Assembly (NCBI GenBank): GCA_013239625.1
Contig: MU053810.1
Coordinates: 6,110,122-6,174,121, forward strand
Length of the DNA stretch: 64,000 nt
From: Lama guanicoe
Lineage: Eukaryota
Reading direction: 5' to 3'
Part shown: positions 37,536 to 50,835 of the stretch, piece after piece
How positions within the stretch are numbered: position 1 is the stretch's first letter
Layout: every line of letters starts with the position of its first letter
The notes under the pieces: model-generated
The model's database searches: none
Told to the model about the DNA's origin: nothing
The model's input: only the letters and a program-made list of their open reading frames with translations
Program-made: the position numbers and the translations under genes

Positions 37536-37889
37536 AAGTATATTTGTAGGAAAACAAGATAAATTCTGCACAGCCTTGGACCCAGGCCAAATGGAGTGAG
37601 ATAATCCCTGCTCTCTGGTGTGAGGCTGTGAAGGGAAAGGAATTTATGGTCTTCCAGGCAATGGTGTGGCCAGAACAGCTGCATAAATTCCTTGAATCCA
37701 TTTCAAGGAGTCAGTTATTACATGTGGCAGATAAAAGTTACTTTTGCCCAACCTTCCAAAATAATGTACTAATGTAAACAAACCTTCCCAGACAACTGAT
37801 AATACATATTGCCTTTTGATATAATACACACCTTAAAAAGTTTCAAGACCCAGTAATGCTATTTTTAGAAAAAGATTTTTTTAAATTAA

Positions 37890-38165
37890 CTTTTTATTGA
37901 AGTCAGTTTACAAAGTGTCAGTTTCTGTTGTACAGCATGTTTCAGTCATACATATACACACATATATTCTTTTTCATAATTTTTCATTATTGGTTACACA
38001 AGATATTGAATATAGTTCCCTGTACTACACAGTATAAACTTGTTGTTTATCTATTTCATATATAGTAGTTAGTATCTACAAATCTCAAACTCTCAATTTA
38101 TCCCTTCCCACCCCTTTCCCCTCAACCCAGTAATGATGTTTGTTTTCTATGTCTGTGAGTCTGTT
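37890..38165 (-). mobile_element. L1 3' end
   Basis: ttttattgaagt...atattgaatatagttccctgt...tttatcccttccca...ttctatgtctgtgagtctg. Confidence 0.85.
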
Positions 38166-38533
38166 AAGAACTGATATTTTCCCCTACTTTTGTATTTTCT
38201 ATATTTTTCTAGGAAATCTTGTCAACTTCCTAATTTCTAAAAATGTCTGACAATGGAATAAGAGTCTGATAAAGAACTGAGAAATTTATCACTTTGTCAA
38301 TAAAATTGTAAATAAAATTTGTTCAAAATGTGGAGCTTTCATTTTCATAAAGTAATGAAGAAATCCAGACAGACTGGTTTGTGAGTTTTAGACTGTAACA
38401 GGCTTTGGGAGAAATGATCTGAATGGGTAGGAATGTTTCCCTCTTTCCTATTTTGGTTTATAATAAAAAGCTTATTATGTTATACTTGTAGTTAACTATA
38501 TAACATTTAACATTTTTTTCTTAAAAGGAAATA

Positions 38534-39097
38534 TTTGCACCCTAATGTTCATAACAGCACAATTTACAATAGTCAAAACATGGAAGCAACCTAAATGTCC
38601 ATTGACAGATGACTGGATATAGAAGTTGTGGTATATTTATACAATGGAATACTACTCATCCATGAAAAAGAGTAAAATAATGCCATTTGCAGCAACCTGG
38701 ATGGACTTGGAGATCGTCATTCTAAGTGAAGTAAGCCAGAAAGAGAAAAATACCATATGATAGCACTCATATGTGAAATTTGAAGGAAAAGACACAAATT
38801 AACATATTTATAAAACAGAAACAGACTCACAGGCATGGAAAACAAATTTATGATTACCAGTGGTGGGAAGGGATAAATTAGGAGTTTGAGATTTGCAGAT
38901 ACTAACTGCAATATATAAAATAGATAAACAGCAAGTCTCTTCTGTATAGCACAGGGAACTATCTTCAATATCTTGTAGTGACCTATAATGAAAAAGAGTA
39001 TGAAAACAAATATATGTATGTATATGTATAACTGAAACATTATGCTGTACACCAGAAATTGACACAACACTGTAAACTGACTATACTTCAATTAAAA
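38534..39097 (+). mobile_element. L1 3' fragment
   Basis: ORF2 end + 3' UTR; TSD aaaaggaaata at 38523-38533 and 39098-39108. Confidence 0.92.
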
Positions 39098-39157
39098 AAA
39101 AGGAAATACGCACTCAAATTGCTTATAAATCTAAAGTAAGGACTTCATATAACATAC

Positions 39158-39268
39158 CTTTAAAACAAAGCAGTAGTCAGTGGGTGCTTTATATTTCATT
39201 TTACACTGAATCCCATAGTAAATGTTGACATTTTCAAACTGTATGAAACATGCCAGATCTCGAGATGT
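39158..39268 (-). CDS. APBB1IP: APBB1IP coding exon (PH domain), 111 nt
   Basis: TSRDLACFIQFENVNIYYGIQCKMKYKAPTDYCFVLK; ctctttcag acceptor, gtatgt donor. Confidence 0.97.
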
Positions 39269-40269
39269 CTGAAAGAGAAGGAAAAAAATAACCTCAGCCT
39301 AGTTGACAGGTAATATATTTCCGAGGTTGTTCGTGATGGCACAACGGAGGGTTATATTTTAGCAGGAAAAACAGAATTTCAGGTAATTTAAGCCTCTACC
39401 ACGTGTCGTTTTCTAAAAGCTAAGCCTACATGTTAAGAAGTAAAAGAGTACATCCAAGGCAAACCTGCGTGCCACAGGCCAGAACCGGAGCAAAAGATTA
39501 CACAGCTGTTCTGGCAGCCGCACGTGGACTCCCAGAGCCGACTGGCTGACCTCGAGACATCATTATTGACATGGTCTAGACAAGGTGACCCGGCACCTAG
39601 TCAGAAATTGCATTTTGGCCTTTACCATTCTAAGTCAGTGATGGATTTCACAATCGAGCATTTAGAAAAAAGGCCCCTTCAGGGTGAACAATGAGAGGTA
39701 AATTTGATGCTCAGAAAATTAGCACACACTTCATGCACTTCCTCCCGAGGAGAAAAGATTCTTTTCAGGCTGTCTTTAGAGTCGGGCGGTGTTGCTATGG
39801 AAACAGAACCCTCTCCTCCATGTACAATATGCATTGTGAAGACTGCAACCTCTAATCTACATATTTGGTTACACTTCAGTTACAAATCTGTTCTATTCCT
39901 CTTTTTTCTCCCCTCCCAGCCTGTAATTCTTTTACAGAGTCAATGAATTAAAAATAAAGGGCAGAATTGCTACACCTCAGTGCACAATTATTCCTTTATA
40001 TATGGTTGCACACTTTTTTTCTTGTAAGATACTTCCTTCTGGCTTTTCAAAGTTGTAATTTTTTTAATTAGAAAAATAAAACATATTCATCATAATTTAA
40101 AAAACAATTTATTTTATACATAATGAAATGAAAATCTTCCTTTGTCACTCTTTTTTCTAATTTCATTCTTTTCTCCAAAGACATTCTTCCAAATGTTTTT
40201 GGGTAAACATTTATATACCTTTGCATGTGTAAATATAAACACAGGCATACATACATATGTATGTACAAT

Positions 40270-42010
40270 TTTTAAAATGTAAGTGAGGCTTTACTATAAA
40301 TACTTTTCCATGAATTTGTTCTTTTTCTTAACATTGTATCTTGGGGTCTTTCTACGTCAGGACGTAAAAAGGATATATCACATTCATTGTATAGTTGCAT
40401 AACATTCCACTGTATAGATGTAACGATTTATTCCACCATTCTACTATAGGTAATTAGAAGTTATTTCAGTATTTTGCTATTACAAAAAAATACTGTGCAT
40501 ATAAGCAAATGCTTCCGCGGGACAGATTGCCAAACACAGAGCCAGCCTTTGAAGGATTATTCCCTTTTATATTTGCCTATGCAAATCTTGCTAAACTGTG
40601 TCCTCCCCATCCGTTTGGCTGTTATCAGCTTACAGTCCAACCTTCTGTGCATGACTGCCCCTTTTTCTTTCCCACTCTTGATGAAATTTGCATATTATCA
40701 ACATTGTTAATTTTATCAGTCCCACAGGAGGGAATATTTCACTATTTAATTTATATTTTCCTGATTACTAGTAAGATAGAGCAACTTTTTAATTATTCAT
40801 GGCTTCTGAGATTTGTTTCTGTGAATTCTCACTTAATAAGCATTGCCTTTTTTATGTGTGTTTATCTTTTTCTCAATGAGCTGTTGAAGTTTTTATGTTT
40901 TATGGATATTCGTACTTGGTTATACACACTGCAAATGTAGTCTCTGACTCTAGAGTGAGCCTTTAACTTCTTGTTTGGTATCTCTGGCCATAAGGAATTA
41001 AACACAACTTCATATAGTCAAATCTGTCAGTTTTCTCTGTTGAATTTTGAGTTTTTAGTCTTGCCTAAGGCTTCCCCACTGCCAAATTATGAAAATATTG
41101 ACCTACATTTTCTTCTAATAGTTTATAATTTTTCCAAATATATTTTAATCAATGTAAGATTTAATTTGGAACATGGTATGAGGTAGGCAACTATTTTTTT
41201 CCCAATGGATATACAATTATTTCAATGCTATTTGTTGAGTATCAAGTTCTTTCCCCACTGCTATAAAGTGAGCTATAAAGTGCTCACTTCAATTTCTCTT
41301 ATATTAGATGGCTCTCAGTTGATGTGTTTTCTCTTCTTGCCCTGTTTTTGTCTAATGTTTTGACATCTGGGACGAGTTCTCCCTAGTCTTCTTCATAATT
41401 TTTGTGTGTGTCTATTTCAGAACAATCTCTCTTTCTGATGAATTTCAGAATCAGTTTTTGAACTTCAAGTAGAAAGAAACCTATTGAAATTTTTTCTTGG
41501 AATTGAATATATAGAAAAATTGGGAGGAGAATTAATATCTTTTCATCTGTCGCACGGTACATTTCTATTTATTCAGTTCTAACTCATTTCCTTTATTACA
41601 TTTTATATTTTATGCCATATAGATCTCAAACATTTCTTGTCAAGTTTATTGTTAGATATTTTGCATTTTTCAATTCCTGTAATGTATGGAATCTTTTGCA
41701 TTATATTTAATTTGCATATTGTTTATATAAAGGAAAAGTTTCTTATTTGGTAAATTTATTTGGTTCATTAGGACCAAACTATTAAGTTTCTCAAATGAGT
41801 GTTTTATATTTTCTGGTAGGCAATCATGTCAACTGTGAATAAAGAGCTTTGCCTCTTCTTTTCCAATAATTACACTTGTTATTCTTTTTCTTGACTTCCT
41901 GCTAGTTCCTCCATGCCAGCATTAATGGGAGCAGAGACAAAAAGGACTCTGTCCAACTCTAATGTGAATGCTTCCAATTTTTGTCACTAAGTGTGTTATT
42001 TGTGATAGCC
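40270..42010 (-). mobile_element. Old L1M-type LINE remnant (approximate)
   Basis: T-rich, with decayed L1 antisense motifs (cattccactgtatagatg, ttcctgattactagt, ggtatgaggtagg, tttcagaatcagttt, ctcttcttttccaat). Confidence 0.6.
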
Positions 42011-43041
42011 TTATTCATATGTAAATACCAAAGACATAACATTTCTAAAATAAAACCAATGATTTGTGGGTCAACTGTTATGTCCCCAGTGTCTGGGAAT
42101 GAACTAAAGATAGCACAGATGGTAAAGTATCCGTTCCGAGGCTGAGACCAGGCAGGAGTAATAGCTGCTCTGGACCAAGAGTTTCCCACAATGCTCTCCT
42201 GCATTCCATTTCTAACTAGTGGGAACAGCCCTGGATGGGCACCATGACTTCACCTGCAAGGGATTGTGGGTCAAGCCTTAATTAGAGGAAAGCTGCAATT
42301 TGAAAATATGCCATTTGGTGGTGCCCTGGATTCATCAGTGAAGGCAAAAGCTTTGGCTTACTCCAGATACAGGAAGAGAGAGAGCCTACAGCTGCTAAAA
42401 GATGAGCAAAAGGTGAAAATGGCTGTCTGTTAAGAAAAGTCTTAGAAAAAGCTAAGATTTAGAATGAGGGTTACAATCACATTTCAAAGGAAACAAATTT
42501 ACTATATGCTTTATAGATTTGAGGCAATAATCTTAAATTACCAAACAGAAGTGAAATATCTAACAAACTTTGCTACATTAGTCAGGGAAATGTGTATAGT
42601 ACACTTCAGAGAACAATTCAAACATTCAAGTTATAAGGGCTAACTGCAAATCTATCGGTACCTAATACCTCTATGATTCCAGATATAAGAAGTTTTACTG
42701 TAATGACTTCACAATAATAGAGTAAAAAAAGGAGGGAAAAATTCCTCAAAAAATCAGTATGTAAAGAAACAAATTAATCTCAAGAAAAGTGCTTCGGTCA
42801 TCACTTCTGAAACCTGACCTTAAAACAGATTAAATTCTTCACTTTCAAGAGACAGCAATGGAAAGATTCAGAAGGATTTCTGTAATTCTGTCTAATAGGA
42901 TATATGTCTGTATATACATCGTAGTAACATAAATCTCACAGCAGAAGAGAGTGGATTTAAATGAACATCTAAGGATTTCTTTAGTTTCCTGTTCATGATA
43001 ATGCTTTTTTTCCTACAGCATAATTTTTTTTCCTTTCTGAC

Positions 43042-43185
43042 CTTAGTCTTTCCTTTGGGGACATAATAAATTCCAGAAGCTCGTAAAAGGAAATAGCGCC
43101 TCTTCCAGGATTTCTTCCCATCTTCTTTCAGATAAAGGGCTCCCTCGAGTTCTGGCACAATGATGGATGTTCCACAGAAACTTTC
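43042..43185 (-). CDS. APBB1IP: APBB1IP coding exon (PH domain start), 144 nt
   Basis: [48 protein letters not shown]; aatttcag acceptor, gtcaga donor. Confidence 0.97.
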
Positions 43186-43689
43186 CTGAAATTGAGATTC
43201 CGATGATAAACAAATCCAAGAAAGTGAAAGCATATTTTGTTCACATTTAAACAAACTGTGACAAACTTGCCTTCAAGCCAAACATCATTTTGTCTACAGC
43301 TCTGATCGAACGCATACACTGACATAGGATACCGTTTGCCAAAAAAGAGGCGGTTCAGCTCCTGAGTTAAGACTTAGAAGTTTCTTGACAAATTAGCTCT
43401 GTTACTAAACCTCAGTTCATTTACTTGCAAAATTAGAGTAATGATAGCCCCAATTTCATAAGGAAGGTTGTGAGAATAATCTTGGTATATTGCAAAAGCA
43501 AGCATTACATAGTCTGTTTCTGTTATTCTAAGTCGGTGAATAGAAAACCTATTCCTTCACCTGTAAGTGAAAAAAAAATGACTACCTTACTGCTAGTAAA
43601 TAGAAAAATTATATATGATTAATTCTATACATAAAGTATGGATACATAAATTTTTGACCTAATTTTCTTTTTTTCTAAATCCAGATAAC

Positions 43690-44160
43690 AATCAATATAT
43701 AATATTGTATTAGGTTTAGGTGTACAACCTAATGATTTGATGTATGTATACGTTGTGAAATGATCATCACAGTAAGGTTAGTTAACATCCATCACCCCGC
43801 ACAGATACAATTTTTTTTTCTTGTGATGAGAACTTTTAAGATCTACTCTCTTAGCAACTTTCAAATGTACCATATGGTACAGTAAACTACAGTCACCATG
43901 CTGTATATGACAGCCCCAGGACTTACTTATTTTATAACTGGAAGTTTGTACTTTTTGATCTCCTTTACCATTTCATTCACCCCCCCACCCCTGCCTCTGG
44001 CAACCACAAATCTCTTCTCTGCATCTATGTTTCAGGTTTTTTGTTGTTGTTGTAGCTTCCACAGATGCATGAGATGATACAGTGTTTATCTTTGTTTGAT
44101 TTATTTCACTTCACCATCAAGGTCCATCCATGTTGTCAACAATAGTAAGATTTCCTTTTG
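43690..44160 (-). mobile_element. L1 3' UTR fragment (older subfamily)
   Basis: tttaagatctactctcttagcaactttcaaatgtac...cctctggcaaccacaaatct...ggtccatccatgttgtc. Confidence 0.85.
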
Positions 44161-45985
44161 GGGGAATAGTTTCTTACCAAAAAATGAAGAAGGCAATTAT
44201 TAATACCAGAAAAGTACCAGATTGATGCCAATTAGTACCAGAAAAGATAGTAACAAAGTACATTTCCTAAGAGCAGATTTTTAACAGTCAAAACCTGCAT
44301 AGAATTATGTAATTCTTAAGAAATGTCTTTTAAAAAGCAACGTAATAAAATTACATATTGTTCTAATTTTCAGTTCAAATATTCGAACTTATTTTTGCCT
44401 TCTTTAAAAAAAATAATTCTCAACCTCTTTTCATGCAGTCTCCTAGAAGCAGAATAACTTAATTTCACATCCTTCAAGTCAATTCATATGTAGTGGGGCG
44501 GGGAGACACCTTTGCTCACATTTTCCCTAGTTTCGTCTCAACTTAGCTGGTATTAGTCGTCTTGTCAATAATCTCTTAAATTCAAGCAGATTTGGGGTCC
44601 AAATTCGCAAGCAGGATAAGGCTTATTTTTCATAGTATAACATGCTTTTATTTTCTTTCACATCCAGCCTTAAAAATACTGCTGAAGTCTTGTAATGAGA
44701 ACTATTCGGGCAATTGTGTAGGTCAAGGCAGACCCAGGCCCTGATTTACAGGCAGCTGCTGCAGAAGCACTGATTGACAGCCAATGGCTGTGTCCCCTGC
44801 CAGGTCCCAGTCCCCATCGCTGCTGGGCACGCTCGGACACTGAATCTCCATACTGCTGGGGATGCCTGGTGCTTCACTTTCCTCAACTCAACCTGGAGTC
44901 AGTTTGATAAATGTAGAAAGAATGTCCCCATTCCCACCGTTTGGGCCTCCCTGGGAACCACCCACTGGGCTCTTGGTCCCAGGACCAGAACTTGTAGCAT
45001 GTTTCCAGGACCTTGGGACTGAGTGGCAGCAAGGCTGTATTACCTGCTCCACTGGGAACAGGGCTGGGAGAGCCTGGAGCGGCTAGACCCCTGTGCAGGG
45101 GCCCGGACACACCTGGTGCATGGAAAGAGTGCCCTTCAGCATCAGTGAATTGGCTCCAGGTGGGAATGTGGGTCCAGGTATCAGCAGGTATTCTGAATTT
45201 TCAAGAGAAGCCCTGATTCTACTAACTCAAGAAAATATTGTCAGGGGCAACAAAAATCTGGGTCTCCCATGCCGACCTGTGACCTATGATCTGGCACATA
45301 TCTGCATTACGTGCGGGGAACAGAGCCTTGACTTTCAGCAGAGCTGCTATGTGAAAACTCATTAGACTTAAAAAAAACAAAACAAAAAACCACATCAAAT
45401 GAACTTCTGGAACACATCCCTGCAGGGACAATCACAGACATCTGCATGGTAATTTACACACTCTCCTTCCCCTAACTCCCTAAGTCTTTGTAATAATTCA
45501 AAACAATACCGGAAACCAAGGTTCCTGGACTTGACTAATAACACATGAACTCAGCAGGCAGAGCCAACCATGATCAGATCTCTAACTCCAACCTCACGCT
45601 TTCCACCACATGTGGCTGCTGGAAGGGCATCTTAGAACTCACTGCAAACAAAATTTGGAGATCCTTGAGCCTGACTTCTGTGGAGCACTTAAGTATCGAA
45701 ATATATGGAATGTTAGAGGCAAGTTTTATGTGAATCCATGTCTTTTAGTCAAGGATTACTCACTGAACTTAAGGAAGAGTGAAATATATTGTCTAAAGTC
45801 ATACTTTTTAACAACTCAAGAACCAGTTTAGTTCTCTAAATAGCTATAATTTAGCAATAATTTGATTTTAAAACCCCAAGTTAAAATTTCAGTGTCTCAG
45901 AATCGCCCATTGTTCTGAAAAGCAAATCATTTAAAAATAGATACAGTTAACATCCTTTTCTTTTAGTCTGCAAAGTTACACTTAC

Positions 45986-46072
45986 CTCAAGTAAGGATTC
46001 CTTGTTCTTTGCATTCATTTTCTCATTTGTTTCCTTGTTTTCTTTTTTTCCTTTGTTACCCAAGTAAAAATT
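45986..46072 (-). CDS. APBB1IP: APBB1IP coding exon (RA-PH linker), 87 nt
   Basis: NFYLGNKGKKENKETNEKMNAKNKESLLE; ttatttag acceptor, gtaagt donor. Confidence 0.96.
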
Positions 46073-47106
46073 CTAAATAAAATATTAAAAGATTAGATCA
46101 TTAAGTGTTCCCACCATGGTAGCCACAGCACGGAACTCGTGGTCTTGTGTGAGAGAGGAGACACGCCTGTGGGAAATAAACTGGGAACCACGCTCTGTGT
46201 TCTGTGTCAACCATGTGCTTTTGGAGGGGCTTACCAAGAGCCTTACCCAGCGCTGACCACTGCACCACTGGCCAGAAGTAACACTTCCCCTTCCCCTCAT
46301 GGTGCACAATCAACAAGGAAACAAACAAAAGAGAGAAAACACTAGTGAAGGATACAATGTCACTCAATTGTTAAATTCCATGGCTAGAACACCTGTCAAA
46401 TCCTGGAAGCTGGGAGACCCTAATGCCCTTAGAAGAGCCTGGAACTGGAGGATGGTGGAGTCTGTGTCTCATTCCAGCGTTTGATCACTATGTAGGGCCC
46501 CAAGGCCCTGAGGACTGGAGATTCTGACTTTATCAGGAGAAGCTTGAAATCTGGATTTTTTTAATTAGTGTTGGCAACTACTTTTAATTTTTAAAAACTG
46601 CATGGGTCAATCACAACAACGAGTCTGCTACTTGGCAACATCTAAGGACAGAGAGCGGCAGAAAGGACGTTTCTGGAAAAAGAACCAGCTTAGCAAAGGC
46701 AAAGACCACTGTTTAAAAGCACTCACGATTTGAAGGGAGTACTTATTACATGCCAGACACTCAGCCAGGTGCTTTGTAAACATCACTTCCAATCCTAACA
46801 GCAAGGCTGTGAGGTAAGTTACAGTGGTCCCATTTTACAGGTTAGGAAACTGAGGTTTGGCAAGGTTAAATAGCTAGGGCACTGCATCCTGACTGAATGC
46901 CAGGGCTGAGCGTGTCTGATGTTTGGGTCTCACCACCATACCACACTACCTCTGAAATCAAAAATCAGCAGTTAAAGGGCAGCTCCTGACTCAGGGAGGT
47001 AGGGCACCCACCCTTTCTCATGGTTATCTCTTTGGAATCTCTGTTTCTGAATTGTGTCAGGCTGCCATCCTTTTTTCTTTTTTTAATAAAAAAATTTCTT
47101 ACTAAA

Positions 47107-47270
47107 GGGGAGGAGGGTATAGCTCAGTGGTATAGCACGTGCTTATTAGCATGCATGAGGTCCTGGGTTCAATCCCCAGTACCTCCATTAAAATAAATAA
47201 ATAAAAAAAACTCTAATTACCTCCCCCTAAAATACACAAAAGAAATTTAGAAAAATAAAATAAATACGAA
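47107..47270 (+). mobile_element. tRNA-derived SINE (Vic-1-like)
   Basis: gggtatagctcagtgg...ggtcctgggttcaatccccagtacctcc...ctaattacctcccc; flanking ttcttacta repeats. Confidence 0.92.
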
Positions 47271-47296
47271 GAAATTCTTACTATAAAGTTACAAGA

Positions 47297-47599
47297 GCCA
47301 TCATCAAAAGTCTACAAACAAATGCTGGAGAGGGTGTGGGAAAAAGGGAACCCTCCTACACTGTTGGTGGGGATGTAATTGGTGCAGCTACTATGCAGAA
47401 CAGTGTGGAGGTTTCTTAAAAAACTAAAAATAGAGCTACCATATGGTCCAGCAGTCCCACTCCTGGGCATATATCCAGAGAAAACTCTAGTTTGAAAAGA
47501 TACATGCACCCCAATGTTCATAGCAGCACTATTTACAATAGCCAAGACATGGAAGCTAACTAAATGTCCATTAACAGATGACTGGATAAAGAAGATACG

Positions 47600-47648
<49 letters not shown>

Positions 47649-48042
47649 GGAATATTACTCAGCCATAAAAAAGAATGAAATTAATGCCATTTGCAACAAC
47701 ATGGATGAACCTACAGACTATCACACTAAATGAAGTAAGACAGAAAGACAAATATATTACATCACTTATATGTGGAATCTAAAAAAAATGGTAGGAATGA
47801 ACTTACTTACAAAGCAGAAATAGAGACACAGAAAACAAATTTATGGTTACCAAAGAAGAAAGTGGGAGAGGGATAAATTTGGAATTTGGGATTAACAGAT
47901 ACACACTACTGTACTCAGTATCTTATAATAAAATGAAAAAGAATCTGAAAAAGAATACAAATAGGTATGTATAACTGAATCACTTAGCTGCACATCTGAA
48001 ACATTATAATTGTACACCTCAATAAAAAAATAAAAATTAGAA
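47297..48042 (+). mobile_element. L1 3' fragment containing a (GT)22 run (47602-47645)
   Basis: ORF2 C-terminal sequence + 3' UTR; TSD aaagttacaaga at 47285-47296 and 48043-48054. Confidence 0.93.
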
Positions 48043-48664
48043 AAAGTTACAAGAATAGTACAATGAACCTCTGTACTGTTTACCTAGATTCACCAGTAGT
48101 TAACTTTTGCCACATTTCTGCACACATGTGTGAGAGAATACGATGTATTTTTTTCCTGAACCATTTGAAACCATAAAAACTTTACCTTTAAAAACTAGGA
48201 ACAAAGTCTTATCCAGTGTAGAGCTACGATGAGGAATTTTAACAATGACACACAACTGCTGTCTAATAAAATGACACATTCCAATTTCAAAAAATAAGTA
48301 AAAGCTCTCACAAATGGGCACCTGGCCTCCAAGAGGGGTTTGTATGAACCTACGCCTCATACCTTGTGAATACTGAGTACCAGTGAGGAGCCTACAACTA
48401 CATGTAAGTGCGTACGTTGCCAGAAAATCATGCGTATCCAAGGACTGATTCTTACATAACCAGCACAGCGGAAGTGTCAGTATACACAGTGATTGTGAGT
48501 GGCCACCACCATAGTTAAGGCATTTGGACTTTTACGTGGGAATGCAGTTTGTAAAATAATGCCTGAAAAAATGCATTAACACTAGAACATCTACCTCTGG
48601 AGTGTAGTGACTAAATTAAGGGTCCTCCTGAGTCTAGACACTAATGTCTATGTATATCATGGGA

Positions 48665-48815
48665 TGTTTCTCCAAGGGTGGTCCCGAGACCACCGTGGTG
48701 CTCTATAAAATGCATGTTCCTGGCCTCCCAACCGACTGAATTGGCATCTCAGGGCGGGGCCTGGAAATCTGCATTCCAACACACTTGCTTTTCACTTACA
48801 CTGAAATTTGAGAAC
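48665..48815 (+). mobile_element. MER5A-like fragment
   Basis: tttctccaagggtggtcc...ggggcctggaaatctgcatt...aaatttgagaac. Confidence 0.6.
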
Positions 48816-50479
48816 AGAGTGTACTGGACAAAGAGGAAGCAAACTGCAGGCAAATACAATTTGCAGAATTAGGAGCTCTCCTACAAATAGAATGCATAAA
48901 CATGGTGATGTGCTAACTTAAATAGGGGAAAAAAGTCAATTACAGTTCCTCCCACAGTTCTTACTGCATTATCATTTAGTAGGTTTTTAAAGACTTAAAC
49001 TTCTCCGTGTTATCCTTTCCGGGAAAGGACAGTGTGTTGTGAATTACTGTGATTATTCTATAGGGCTTGGGAACAATTCTAATTTTACACATTTGGCTTG
49101 AGGACCAACCATAACCTATAACATACACCACCTGTCAGGACTCCACGTTAAGGCCTCAATGGTCCGCTTTTCATTTCATCCTTACAAGAATCCCACAACA
49201 TAGGTGTGATTGCTCTTTCACAGGTAAGGAAACAGAAGGAGAAAGTGATTTGCCCAAGGCCATTGAGTGTCAGAGCTTTGAGTTTTTAGTAATTTTTCTC
49301 AGCATTAAGATGCTCTGAACACCACAGGAGAGAGCCCAGTATGATAGTGTGGATGGACTTACCACTGAACTACAAACTTAAAAATGATTAAAATGGTAAA
49401 GTCTATGTTATGTGCATTTTACAATAAATAAAAAAAATGAGATGACCTTGCTTTAGGGTCCTGGAAATTTTTGATTACGTATGAGTGGACAGAATGGACA
49501 GAGAACTGCGGAAGACTGTAGCATGTGCGTTTCATCATCTTCTGTAAAAGGGGGGGCACGCGTCACCCTCTGAAGGACAGATAAACGAAGGGTGTCATTT
49601 TATGAGTGTACTCTGAAGGGTCAGGACATAGCCCACGTCTTCTCTGAGACCCCTCTCCTTTCTTCAGCGTCTTATTATCTTTCCTCCCACCTCCTTCAAA
49701 GTGATGGTGCGACACTGTGTTTTCATTTTTGTTTTAATGAAATATGAAAACCAGGCTGGAAGTCACACAGGGCAATCTTTAGAAAGGACTGATTGCTCTT
49801 GGGTAAGAATCTGAGTGGCTCTGTAGCAAGCAGCTGATTTCAAAAGTCAATTCATTAGCTGTTGCAAGTGGAGACTGGGGACAATCTGAGCTGAACAATA
49901 GGGAACTTTAAAATGGGAAATAAGACTTTCAGTTACAGCTTCTGCCCTCTTTTCTCACATGCAAGATTTGGGGGCAGCTGGACAGGAGAAAAACAAATCC
50001 AGCAAATACATTTTTAATATCACCTTTTGGGAATAAAGTGTAAATCAAGCAATACTTTTCAGTCCATCAGTAAATATTCGTGAGTACCTTTTACATGTAA
50101 GATAGCCCTGTTCTTAAGGATCTTATCACACCGAGAACATAAATACATAAGTCGATGGCTACGTATCTACAGCTGGGGGAGCTGTAGAAGATGCTGCATA
50201 AATTAAAAACGAGCCACGTTCTATACGTTTTCAGAGAGGAAGAAACCACTGTGGGCCGAGATGATCAAGGAAGACTGTACAGAGAAGGTCAAAGTTTGAA
50301 CTATGCCTTGGAAGATGTCTCTATTGAGACAGGGAAAAAGGAGCACAGAGAGCATTTGGGGCAGGAGGAAAAACATGTACAAAGGTCAGAGGGGGTTCAG
50401 TACTGGGTGAATTTGGACCACCCATGCTCAACTACCTGGACTAGAGCTGGGGTACCCCTGATCAAGACCAGACCATCAC

Positions 50480-50835
50480 TCCCAATTCTTTCTGTCCTGA
50501 GTCAGAACACACCAGTGCTGGCCACCTAGTGACATGTCCTTAGAAGGGCTGGAGCGCATGTCCTTGTCCCCTTATGTTGAGTTTGGCTGCGTGACTTGCT
50601 TTGGCCAATGGAAGGTGGGTGGAAGAGACAGTGCATCCTTGTGAGGAGAGGACACGAGGGGCGGTGATGCATGTTTCCACTTGTTCTGCGTCACAGGTGG
50701 TTGCGGGTCCAGTAAGAGACAGGTGGGACTACCTGGATGGGACTCACATACTGGAGCCACGGACCGGTGACCTGCAGATCCAGGAGAGAGGACTATCTGC
50801 TGTGATAAGCCACGAGGATTCTGAGGTTGCATTCA
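50480..50835 (+). mobile_element. MLT1-type LTR remnant
   Basis: gtgacttgctttggccaatggaa...gacctgcagatc...taagccacgaggattctgaggttg. Confidence 0.65.
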
